DNA of 64,000 nt from Hydrolagus colliei (lineage: Eukaryota): positions 2,542,001-2,606,000 of the forward strand of contig CM068757.1 in NCBI GenBank assembly GCA_035084275.1. Direction: 5' to 3'. The notes under the pieces were generated by a model. That model did no database searches and was not told where the DNA came from. It was given only the letters and a program-made list of their open reading frames with translations. Positions within the stretch are counted from its first letter, which is position 1, and each line of letters opens with the position of its first letter. Below are positions 1-11,213 of this stretch, piece after piece. The position numbers and the translations under genes were made by a program.

Positions 1-390
1 GGTGGCGGGCGAATTCCAGCGATACTTGTATGTTTTATGCTCTCCTTTTACGGACGTCCGGCAATCTTAACGCCGCGAGTGATTTCTCTCTTGTTTGTGC
101 GTTTCTTGCCCGAAGACGGGGGGGACGTGGCCGAGGAGATGCCGGAGCTGTTCGAGAGTGACGAGGAGGAGGTGTGGTGCGACTGGGAAGACGCAGAGGG
201 TCAGGCCTCTGGCGAGCCGCGGGTCCGCTGCTTGTTTTGCGAGAGGTACTTTGGCCTTTTGGTTTGTTTGTCCACGTTTGGCTGTCGTATCGTACGACTC
301 GCACGGCTGTTCGATTGGAAGGAAACGATCCACCTCACGGTGTCGCAAGTCCCCTCCAGTCACCGCCGTTGCACTGTGGTCAGGAATGAT
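1..390. promoter_or_regulatory. CpG-rich 5' region of PRMT3 (end of intron 1, exon 2, start of intron 2)
   Basis: Visibly higher GC and CpG density than the AT-rich remainder; typical of a housekeeping gene 5' CpG island. Confidence 0.6.
116..245 (+). CDS. PRMT3: PRMT3 coding exon 2 (acidic N-terminus, first half of C2H2 zinc finger; exon 1 is upstream of the window)
   Basis: Pyrimidine tract then AAG acceptor at 113-115; encodes DGGDVAEEMPELFESDEEEVWCDWEDAEGQASGEPRVRCLFCER; donor AG|GTACT, phase 2 matches exon 3. Acceptor position is less certain than the donor. Confidence 0.85.
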
Positions 391-424
391 TAATAATAAT
401 CAAAAATAATTTAAAAAAACAATA

Positions 425-610
425 ATAAATTGGTCATTTCAATCCATGACTGTTTGTGGGGGAGGTACGCTGCTGTGCGCAATCGGCTGCCGCGTTTCGC
501 CCACAAATATACAGTCAATTCACTTTACAGTTTATTCTGTGAAGCGCTTTGAGACACGGTCTGGAAGACGTGAAAAGACGCTTTATCAAAGTGTTATTAT
601 CATTATTATT
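425..610 (+). mobile_element. SINE, 5'-truncated copy of the dominant family
   Basis: Body AATTGGTCATTTCAATCC...GCTGTGCGCAATCGGCTGCCGCGTTTCGCCCACAAATATACAGTCAATTCACTTTACAG plus stem-loop tail and (ATT)n; recurs many times in the window. Confidence 0.9.
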
Positions 611-810
611 TCTCTGCCTTGGGTCACAGAGGCACAAATTGTCAGGTGTTGACCATAAACCACAATCCGTATCAGGGACTGCTGCCTTGACCAGAGATGT
701 GTCAATGCCTTGGGTGTGTCTGTATGGCTCAGTTCTGATCCGGGCGATATATTTACCTATCGAGTTATTGGGGAAGTTTTAAAAAGAAAACTTTTTAAAT
801 ATATATATAT

Positions 811-1144
811 TTCCCCCTTTCCCTCCCTCTTCCCCCTTACCTCCCTTTCTTCTCCCCTTTCCCTCGCTGATTTTAACTCCCCCTCACCTTTCCCTCCCTC
901 TGCCCCCTTACCCGCTTTCCCCCCTTTCTCCCCTAACCCCACTTCTATGACTGTTTGTGGGACACTGTTGTGCGCAATTTGGCTGCTGCGTTTCGCCCAC
1001 AAACATACGTCAATTTTCCTACTCTCCTTACTCCCTACCCCAACCACTCCCCTCCCTGCTCTGGTCCCTTCCTGACTGTTCAGCGCGTTGGGACGTCCTC
1101 CCGACGTGAAAGACGCTATCTAAATGTAATTTTGATTGATTGAT
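811..1144 (+). mobile_element. L2-type 3' end carrying the SINE-shared segment, ending in (TGAT)n
   Basis: Pyrimidine tract, shared GACTGTTTGTGGGACACTG...TTCGCCCAC segment, CAGCGCGTTGGGACGTCCTCCCGACGTGAAAGACGCT stem-loop, TTGATTGATTGAT tail. Confidence 0.8.
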
Positions 1145-1166
1145 AAATCTTGCATTTCTCCTGCAG

Positions 1167-1249
1167 AGACTTTGGTTCAGCTGAAGATACCTTTTCTCAC
1201 TGTAAAGCAGAGCATCAGTTTGATGTCAGCCAAGTCATCAAAAAGCACG
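1167..1249 (+). CDS. PRMT3: PRMT3 exon 3 (completes zinc finger)
   Basis: ctgcag| acceptor, G|GTAAGT donor; DFGSAEDTFSHCKAEHQFDVSQVIKKHG completes the CxxC...HxxxxH finger; 83 nt. Confidence 0.95.
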
Positions 1250-1414
1250 GTAAGTTAGCCACGCTTCATCAAGGCACAGGAAGGAAATCTTGACTCCTGT
1301 GTAATTCTGTGTTTGGAAGACCCGTTTCTGAATGTAAATGGGTGCAAGGTTTGTAAACTTCGATCTAAAGGAAGGGTGAAAAGAATCTCAACAACTTTCT
1401 GTTTCCTTTTCCAG

Positions 1415-1464
1415 GCCTCGATTTCTACGGGTACATCAAGCTCATTAATTTCATTAGACACACG
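1415..1464 (+). CDS. PRMT3: PRMT3 exon 4
   Basis: ttccag| ... |gtacgt; GLDFYGYIKLINFIRHT, the PRMT3 FYGYIKLINFIR motif; 50 nt. Confidence 0.95.
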
Positions 1465-1728
1465 GTACGTTTCTGGCGCTTGTTCGGTGAAGGTTGCTGT
1501 CTGCTTTATATTTTAACTCGTCTCAGATATTCAAACTATTTTTTTCAACATTCCTTAAAACCCTTTGCAGAACACATACTGTTGTACAATCCAGGGGGAG
1601 AACCCCCCCCCCCCCCCCACCATTTTGGGAGGTCTTTATTGTCCATAGGTTAACAAAAATCTGTGATGACAATTGATACCCATTGAAAGCAAATTTAGCT
1701 TGTATTAAACATTTAATTTGCCTTGTCA

Positions 1729-1790
1729 TTTTGAGACGTTGATAAGATGTGAAAAGCGATATATCAAATGCAAGGATTATTATTATTATT
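1729..1790 (+). mobile_element. SINE 3' tail fragment
   Basis: TTTGAGACGTTGATAAGATGTGAAAAGCGATATATCAAATGCAAGG(ATT)n. Confidence 0.8.
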
Positions 1791-2236
1791 CTTGTCCATT
1801 CGAGAGCTTGTGTTCTGATAGTCCAATCTTTATTTATGGCCAATAAATTTCCTTTATAAAATGGGTCAGTGGCTGTTAGTGGGATATTGCTGTCCAAACG
1901 TGGCTGCCGGTGTCTCGATGACACGGTAAGGTGCTGTATCAAATGCAACGATTATTATTATTCTATTTCGTTTTTCTTTAAATCTGTCCTTAAATCCTGC
2001 ATAAAAGCCTACCTCCTCCATTGCTCCTCTGACAACCTCACCCAACCATCCTCCATCCTCTTCCCTTGCTTGGTATCCAACACCCGTCTTTGCGAAGCAC
2101 TCAGATGTCCTACTTGAAGGATAGTCTTATCAAATGCAAGTTCTTGTAGTGTAGTTTTGATGCATTTAGAATTTATTTTTGTAATATTGTATTGGTTAAC
2201 GCAGTAAAGAGAACAACAGTTTTATTTCTTATGCAG

Positions 2237-2339
2237 AATCCAACCGCGGAATCTTTTAAAACCATTTCCGGACACGTCCCCTGGGATAAAGAAGAATATA
2301 TGAAACCTACCTCAATGGAGGATCCTTTACTCCAGTTTG
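2237..2339 (+). CDS. PRMT3: PRMT3 exon 5
   Basis: atgcag| ... G|gtatgt; NPTAESFKTISGHVPWDKEEYMKPTSMEDPLLQF; 103 nt. Confidence 0.95.
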
Positions 2340-3643
2340 GTATGTCAGATTGCTTCTGTTTTTACTTTTTAGAGAATGATATTGTGCTCTCTCTGTTACT
2401 GAATCATTGGGGTTCCAAAGAGACATCAAGTCAACATAATGTATTTGCAAAGATTTGGCACTTAAATTTGCTGGTGAGGATTTGGTGCCTTGAGATCAGA
2501 ATATATTGTATGAGATCAATTGGGATCTTTGTGGGGTACCTCAATATGAATGTAGCGGGGAGTCTGGACTGAATCCAGATTGCTGTGGTGAAAGGTCAGT
2601 GTTTAAATCATTGCCCATATACCACAATGGCGGAGTCTCCCTTTCTACAATTTATATATTTTTGTGGCTGAAAATAAGACTGTTTGGTTAACTTTTTGGG
2701 ATCCTTTGTTCTTGGAAGCAGGCCTTTGTCATTGCTTCCAATACAGCATGTCGAAAGTGGCGCTGATTCTAAGCTACATTAGACACTCCATCGCAAAGCC
2801 ACTTTCAAATTAGTCTCAATCTCGTGGCAATCTATCTCAGAGACGCAAAGTGTCATCTGCTTGGGGATTAGGACGTTGGTACACGGCAAATACTTGATTG
2901 AGAATGCGGGTTCTCAGGCGCATTGTGCAGAGTTGCTGAGTGGTCGATGTGTACCACATTCTCACCTGTCATGCAAGTGCTTGCGTCTGCGTCTCTGCAG
3001 CAAATCTAGACCGTAGTGTTCCCCCTCACGGCTTCACCTCACCTTGAGCGCGAAGGCATAGGGAATTGAGCCGAAATGGTTGTTTTGCAATTCCGAGTGC
3101 TTGAAAGCAATAAGTGATTAAGTGTAACCGAGTACGGCAATGTATTTAGAAGAAACATGAGGTCTTGGGACCAAAATAAATCTCAAAGCAATAGTGGAAC
3201 ATGATGGTCGCTGTGTAATTTGTTCCTCAAACCAATGTTACGGCATTTCTAGTTATTCCAGAATTCTAGTTATGTTAAATAATCGAAGCAGCTAGCTGCG
3301 GTGGCACACAATTTTTCTCCGCATAATTCATATTAAGCATTCCACACTAATAACTGGCAAAACTGTAATGGATTTTTCGGTGCTTTGGGAAGCTCTCTAA
3401 AATTGACCATTGTGCATTTACATAACATTACAGACAAACGTATACAGAAACGGTTGGAGAAAAAAAAGGAGGGTTTGAATCATAAGGGCTTTTAAGAATC
3501 AGTGTTGCTATGTCTCCCTATTCCCCCCAGACAATTTCATTTGCACAAGTGCGGTTCGTAGAACCTGTTATACAGCGTTATCGTGGACACCCCTGGTTGT
3601 TGGTAGAGAGAGAGAGAGACTACATTTATGTTTCGCTTTTCAG

Positions 3644-3821
3644 ATGTAGATGAAATCTGTGAGTCGCAGTGTGCAGAGGAAGAACCCTCTTCATCGGAGC
3701 AGATAGATGGAGAAAACCAAGTTGAGGAAACTCTTCTTCAACGTTTACAAAAGGCTGAGAAGAGAGCAGAGGAATCTGAAGCGGAGTTTGTTCGGGTAAT
3801 GGAAGACTTCGAGAAAATGAG
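3644..3821 (+). CDS. PRMT3: PRMT3 exon 6 (acidic linker / coiled coil)
   Basis: tttcag| ... AG|gtatga; DVDEICESQCAEEEPSSSEQIDGENQVEETLLQRLQKAEKRAEESEAEFVRVMEDFEKMR; phases match both neighbours. Confidence 0.93.
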
Positions 3822-3944
3822 GTATGACAGCGACACGGCGACGCAATGCATATGTATAACGTATAACGTTACGCATTGAGTGGGGAGGAACAAAAAAAGG
3901 CAGCTGAGTCTGTTCCTCTCAAAGCTTAGACAGAATTTGTATAG

Positions 3945-4272
3945 AATAATAATAATAATAATAATAATAATCCTTGCATTTGATATAGTGCTTTTCACAT
4001 CTGATCAACATCTCAAAGCGCTTCCCAGAATTTGCAGTAAAGTGAATTGACTGTATATTTGTGGGCGAATCGTGGCAGCCAATTGTGCACAGCAGTCGTG
4101 GATTGAAAATGACCAATTTTATTATTGTGGGTTTTTTGGGGACGGATTATTATTATTAGGCGTGTGTGGAGCAAGGAAACTTGCCCAAGGTTTCGCCCTG
4201 ATCTGCCGGGATTCGAACACAGGTCTCACGCTTGTAAGGCGAGTGCTCTAACCACTGAGCTACAGGAGCTCC
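3945..4272 (-). mobile_element. Near full-length tRNA-derived SINE
   Basis: Minus strand: A-box TAGCTCAGTGG, B-box-like GTTCGAATCC, family body, stem-loop tail, (ATT)n. Confidence 0.92.
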
Positions 4273-4495
4273 ATCCATGCTGAGATATGTACCAGTTAGC
4301 AGTCTGATTTCCAATCTGACAGCCTGATGTGGACTCCAGCAGCATTGCTTTAGAAATTAGTGCTTGATTCTGAATTATATATAGCGCCTGTTAATGTAGA
4401 CTCCACTGTGGTTTTGTGTATAAGTCTACAGCCACCACAGTGTAGCCCTTAACACTCAGACCATGAAGTCCCCAGGTTATATTATGGCTCGTGGC

Positions 4496-4497
<2 letters not shown>

Positions 4498-4530
<33 letters not shown>

Positions 4531-4652
4531 CCTTGCATTTAATATAGTGCCTCATCACGTCTTCGAGAAGTCTCATAGTGCTTCACAAGATATACTGTAC
4601 GTTGAATTGACTGGGTGTTTTGCAGGCAAATTGCGCAAAGCAGTGTCCCACA
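4498..4652 (-). mobile_element. SINE 3' half
   Basis: (AAT)n then CCTTGCATTTAATATAGTGCC... family body. Confidence 0.88.
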
Positions 4653-4665
4653 ACTAAAGTCAAAT

Positions 4666-4838
4666 AAAATTGGTCATTTCAATCCACGACTGTTTGTGGG
4701 GACGCTGCTGTGCGCAATCGGCTGCCGCGTTTCACCCACAAACATACAGTCAATTCACTTTACAGTTTATTCTGTGTGGCACTTTGAGACGTCGATAAGA
4801 TGTGAAAAGCGCTATATTGAATGCAAGGATTATTATTA
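4666..4838 (+). mobile_element. SINE 3' half, inverted relative to the adjacent copy
   Basis: AATTGGTCATTTCAATCCACGACTGTTTGTGGG ... GCAAGGATTATTATT. Confidence 0.9.
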
Positions 4839-5335
4839 CAGTATTATTATAATTAAAGTGGGTAGAAGTGGGATTTACTTTTGAGCCAGAGAGGCAATAT
4901 GAATTCAGCCTAGCCACGTATGGCGTGTGCAAAGTTAGCATTGTCTTACAGTGTTGGCTGTGGTGAACAAATACGATAGAAAATTCTGATCTTTGTTTTA
5001 AGCTTTGCTCAGTACTGTATATCCATTTTTATCTTGGCAATGATACCTTGCTTTCGTTTGTGGAGTGACGAGGTGGGGGTGGGGGGGGGTTGATGTCTCA
5101 ACAGCCTTGTCTTGGTAATGTTTTACTATTTGCCGATCCAATCCAGGAATGATTTGCCTGTAACTATATAAACCAGTGTTTTCTTTTGGGTAGAAAGGTG
5201 TGGAAAGGTGTTTGTAATGTAGTTTTAGCCCCAGCAGAGGGAGTCAGAGCATGGCCCTGTTTGTATTGGAAAATTCCATTGTTGTAGAATTCTTCCTTCA
5301 CGGTTCGCTAAGCATGCCTCAAGGGTGTGTTTTAA

Positions 5336-5539
<204 letters not shown>

Positions 5540-6082
5540 TAAAAAACGTGCGCGGTGCTCACCTATCTATTAGCCCCGAAACATAAACCAGCCACCGTTG
5601 CTGCATTTTTAACCCTCTCGTGACTGCAGTTTTACAGTATTTTCATTTTCCCAAATACATTATACTGTCCACATCTCCCACTTCCACAATCGGCTCTCGA
5701 AACCCGGCAGGAATTGTTTGGATCTGCTCAGAGCCCATTGGTAATCTCGTCTTGATTTTTACACACGCATATACGTGTATCCACACACAAACACACCCAC
5801 ACACCCACCCACAAAGCTTAAAATTTTTACGCCAATTGTTTTCTCTGAATCATTTGATGGATCTGCTTTCGTTAGTTTGTGGCATCCTTTTAAAATGATT
5901 TTCCTCGTTCCCGATCAGCTCGATGTTTCAGTGACCCACGGCGGAATTTTGTTTATCGCCGCTCGACAAAAGAACGGATATAAAAATGATTATCCTGCGG
6001 CGGTTTCAATTTTTTAGACAGGATCAAATTCAGTGGGATGAAAACATTCCTATTTTTTTTAAAAAATTCTCCCCCCCTCAAC

Positions 6083-6107
6083 GTGTGTGTGTGTGTGTGT
6101 GTGTGTG
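6083..6107. repeat. (GT)n microsatellite
   Basis: Perfect GT dinucleotide run. Confidence 0.95.
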
Positions 6108-6964
6108 TTTCTTCTTTGCTCGTCACAAAGTGAAAAACAAACAGCTGCAATGGGATACTGGTGGCTGAAATCACGTCAAAGCAGTTGGAACGTAATTGAT
6201 TAAGTTCATTCGGAGCCCAAGGCTGAGGACTCTTCTTTGCAAGTCTGATCACTTTGACGAGTGACACTGAGCTCTCTGTTTTGGATGTCTGAGCAGATTC
6301 AGCTGCCAAACCACACTCCCGTGGGACTGTTCTAAAAATTGCTGCGCGTGTTCTATTCCTGAATTTGTTCCCCACCAACCCATTTGTAATTTACCTGTTA
6401 AATCCAATTTAATCTACCAAGCGAATGATCCTTTTTATATTTAATTGCTGCATTTTCTTTGCAGAATAGTTTTACGCGCAGAAAAAAAACTCAGAACATA
6501 ATATTGCATCAAAATTATGTATTCAAACGGGTCAGGTAGTAACTTGTGAAGAAAATGATTCAGGTGACTGTTTGGCGTAACTGGATAGATGAAAGTTTAA
6601 AGTTCCCAGATGCCCTTTTGTATATCTGGGTATGATTAAAACATTCTCATCAAGAAGGCTGCATGGTAAACTATTGTGGCACCTTAATGAACTGAGTGGT
6701 GGGGCGTTAAGCAGAGATGGATGGGATAGCTTGCACCTAAGAAGTTGTGAGTTCTTCAGTGGCATGCTGGCATCCTTCTCCAATTGAACACTTAAACTGA
6801 AACACTGACAGACACCAAATGGCTTTTTAGTCTGTGTTTTTATTGGGAGGTTGGAGGAAACCCAATTTTCTATCAAATCTGTGAGGATTCAGTGTATTTT
6901 GTGGTACTATTATACTATAAATCTAGGTAAATCAATGAAAGCATATTTTGTTAGTGCCAGGCCT

Positions 6965-7160
6965 TTCTCCCACCAATTTTCTCCTCTTGAGATGTTGCTT
7001 TTTTCTCGGTTATGATTCCATAGTTGCAACCACCCATTAATAGTGAAATGGCTGTAATTCACACTGCTATCAGCAGCTTTTTCAATACTGTACTGTAGAC
7101 CTCGGAGCTACATCTGAATCATCCCTCACCTCTCATCTACCAACTATCCTGCAGAACAAA
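6965..7160 (-). mobile_element. Degenerate LF-SINE-like 3' part
   Basis: Minus strand ends TGGAATCATAACC...GAGGAGAAAATTGG, like the recalled LF-SINE 3' end; similar to the copy at 38150-38277. Confidence 0.45.
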
Positions 7161-7412
7161 TTCGAGATCTAGCATTGAAGGACTTAAAAACATTGCAAGA
7201 AGGTCAGAGACACACTCATTGGCAACGTGATCAGTGGAAAAGACTGAAGAGGACAGGAGATCTCGGTCTTTCAGTCAGCAACACATTTCACTTAAAGTGT
7301 TTTAAAATTACTTTTAGGTTTAGAAAATGGGGAAAACAAGATTTATACGATCCTTTTGGTGCCGTTTGATGTCGTTGATGTTGTTGCAGTTAGAATTAAC
7401 CAATGCAATTGA

Positions 7413-7574
<162 letters not shown>

Positions 7575-7892
7575 TGATCACTTGCAGTATATTTGTTCAG
7601 GAATTGATTTAAAAGTCCTTCAGATTATTACGCATGAGTGGGTTTTCATTGAATGGAGACTGGAGTGCCCTAATAACACAAGTACAGATCATTCTTGTCA
7701 TTCTGCATTACCGTGTTCCATAACTGTTATGCGCTACGTATAACGGGCTAGCTGGGCGACATGTTCTGAGCCGTGGCTTGTTGTGTCTTGCTTCAGAACC
7801 TGCAACAGACTCGATGAATTCTTTCACGTTGGATTTTCAAGAAAGCAAAATTATAGTTTGCTTGAATTAAATACAACAAAACGAAAACATGG

Positions 7893-7947
7893 AAAATTAC
7901 ATTTGTACAGCACCTTTCACTTCGGAAGGACGTCCCAAGGTGCTGAA
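7893..7947 (-). mobile_element. L2-type 3' stem-loop tail abutting a SINE
   Basis: AATTACATTTGTACAGCACCTTTCACTTCGGAAGGACGTCCCAAGGTGCTGAA matches the L2 tail at 42061-42135. Confidence 0.75.
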
Positions 7948-8247
7948 TAATAATACTTTCATTTGATATAGTGCTTTTCACGCCTTCTAGATGTCTCAAA
8001 GCTCTTCACAGTATAGACTGTAAAGTAAACGTACTGTATATTTTTTGCGTGAAACGCAGTTGCCAACTACGCACAGCAGTGTCCCACAAACTGTCGTGGA
8101 ATGAAATGACCAATTGATAATTTTTTTGAGGGACTATTATTAGGCGCTTGAAGTAAGGAAACTGGTCAAGGTTGCACCCTGCCTGGAATCGAACCCTGGT
8201 CTCTCACTTGCAAGGCGATTGCTCTAACCACTGAGCTGCAGGACTCC
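7946..8247 (-). mobile_element. Full-length tRNA-derived SINE
   Basis: Minus strand starts GGAGTCCTGCAGCTCAGTGGTTAGAGC, B-box GGTTCGATTCC, family body and tail. Confidence 0.92.
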
Positions 8248-9062
8248 ACATAATTGTCAATGTTGCTAGATGTATCCCTGCAGTCCAGTTTTAAATTAAT
8301 CAGTTCCTGGATGTTTTAAGGAGTTCCAAAAGACAGTTTGTGGTGACTGAAACCTCTGCCTCTCATTGCAGTCCAGATAAAAGGATTAAAAAAAAAAAAA
8401 AATTCTGACCATCAAACACACCTTCTCTATCAGGATTCACCGACATAGAACAATTTATCAAAAGGGAAACTCATGACCTTTATCCATGTAGTGATAATTC
8501 TTTTTAACATGCAAACATTTCTGCTTCCAATATGTATGTGAAATTGATTGTTCTTGTCTGCTGTTTGAGTCTAAGGTAAGAATCAATAAATGTATTGCCA
8601 AACTATGTTTATGGCTGTTACACAGATGAGAATTGCTTTTAATTAAAGTCTGGTTGTTATGCTTGGGTGGAATGATCGCAAATGTGATCCTTGTCAACAT
8701 CTATTAGTTTTGTCACTGGCCTCTTTAATACCATCGGGGACCTCATAGGAAGTTTACCAGAATTGTGTGAAATTACATCACATTAAAAATACAAGCTAAC
8801 TGGAACATATTCTAAACATGCCTTTGAGTGATTCAATTCAGCAATTTCAAGCAAGTTAAATCTAGCGATGTACTGTATTAATTTATCCATAAAAAGCAAT
8901 TAAATTTTAGTTTTAAACAATGGAGATTGAAATGGTGGAGTAATCGAACTTGTCAGAAAGCCAGTTGGTGGAATTCTGTGCAGACAGCTGACGTGTGCGT
9001 GAAAAGAACCCAGTGTGTATTCATGTTGATCAAGCTGAGCGCTGTGTACAAGGCATCGAATA

Positions 9063-9178
9063 GAACAACAACAACAAAATTACACTTGTATATCGCCTTT
9101 CACATCAGAAGGACGCCACAAGGCGCTGGACCCGAGCTGGAGACAGGGACGGAGGAAGGAAATGGAGGGGTTTGGAGT
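9063..9178 (-). mobile_element. L2-type 3' tail fragment
   Basis: (AAC)n AAATTACACTTGTATATCGCCTTTCACATCAGAAGGACGCCACAAGGCGCTGG. Confidence 0.7.
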
Positions 9179-9751
9179 GGCCAATGGGACAGTAGTTAGC
9201 TGAGACGGGTTAGCTGAGTTGATAATAACCTAGTGTCGCTACTGCTTTGTGCTGAGCAAAGTTTCATCAAGTTATTAAGGAATAGGAGGAGGTCATTCTG
9301 CCCATCAAGATATTAAATGGTTTACATGATCTGTTCAATTAATCATTTAGAATAAAATTTCAGACCTTTTGGACATTAGGAGAGGGAAAAAGGAACTTAA
9401 CACATGTTGTTCTCAAGTAAATATATACTGAAACTATATGCTAAATAAGAACAAATAGATGTTTTAAAATACAGTATAACTTAGTTAAAGTGTGTACCCT
9501 AAGACATCATCGGAGGCCCCAAATTAAAACATGTTGTGAAATTGTGTCATCGAGCTGGTCAATCTGGTACAATATGAACCCATTTGGGCTTTTAATTGAT
9601 TGAATTAATACTTATTGAAATATTTAGACCAAATGATCAAGCAGATTGCATGGCAGAAATAGTGCATGCTTTCTACTTTGAGGTACAGTGTTGTTGTATT
9701 CATTTTAATCTTCCATTGAAATTAAAGCCCTTATTTCCGAATCCTTGCTAG

Positions 9752-9874
<123 letters not shown>

Positions 9875-10448
9875 TAAGGAGAATTTCATGCACAGCTCGC
9901 TCGCTCGCTGCCTCTGAATTTTACCGCTATTGTTTCAGGCTTTGTACTTTTAAACGACTGTTATAATGAGATTATTTTGTCGCCTTGAAAGTCAAGCGGG
10001 AGACTGATTGCGGATGCTGGAAGAATGAGATAGCTGAAAAGGACAGTGATAAGGATCGTGCACAGGAAATAAATTTTACCAGCTTGAGTAATTATTCTGT
10101 CCAGTGTAACATTAGCTGTCATGATAATGACATATTTAGGAAGATGGATATGGTGCACAGTGGGCCAAAGAATCGTTAAAACTTAAGAATAGGTTTGATC
10201 GTTGGATTTTATATTTGCAGCTAAAGAACCACAACAGACCTGCCTTCAGGGACAAATGTGCTATAAGACCACAGCGACACCAATGCTCGTTTACTTCTCG
10301 CTGCTATATTAATATGATTCGTGGTAAAGTGGATAAATTGGCAGCCAGGATACATATGCAAATGTACTAAATTGTCAGGTTCAATTGAAGATCACATCTC
10401 TTTTCTTTACAGTTTCAGGATATATTTAACGGTCATTCATATAGATTT

Positions 10449-10625
10449 AATAATGATGATCCTTGCATTTTATATAGCGCCTTATCACGTCTTCGAGACG
10501 TCTCAAGGCACTTCACAGAATATACTGTAAAGTGTATTGACTATGTTGTGGGCGAAAACACGTCACCCTATTGCGCACATCAGTGTCCCACAAACAGTCG
10601 TGGATTGAGTGACCAAATTATTTTT
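10449..10625 (-). mobile_element. SINE 3' half
   Basis: CCTTGCATTTTATATAGCGCCTTATCACGTCTTCGAGACGTCTCAAGGC ... GTCCCACAAACAGTCGTGGATTG. Confidence 0.88.
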
Positions 10626-11021
10626 TGTTGAGTTCATTTTTTGGGGTGGGGGGGGAAGGGACTATTATCCCTGGAAAAGTGATCTGCTGATCAACTAACA
10701 ACAGGATTTCTATTTACTGCTCGGTAAACAGAGAACTGTGGAGTAAGGAAACCTGCCGAAACCACAAATATGCAGACGGCCTACATAACAGTCACAACAC
10801 TCAGCAGTAAATCCTGTGGTGCACTCTTGAGACATTTTAATGACTTGATAAAGCGCAATATCAAATGCAAGGGTTACAATTACTAAGGTTATTTACCTGT
10901 AGGTTATAAAATGAAATTTACGTAAAATTATTATTAGCAGAGCAGATTAAGCAGCACCACGCTGCTCAGTGATGTTGTTAAACATTCAGTAATAATATAG
11001 ACAGCAAACAGGTTTGTGTAG

Positions 11022-11213
<192 letters not shown>

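Noticed and set aside
35-409. Several overlapping ORFs on both strands
   Set aside because: By-product of high GC around PRMT3 exon 2; only 116-245 fits splice phase and homology
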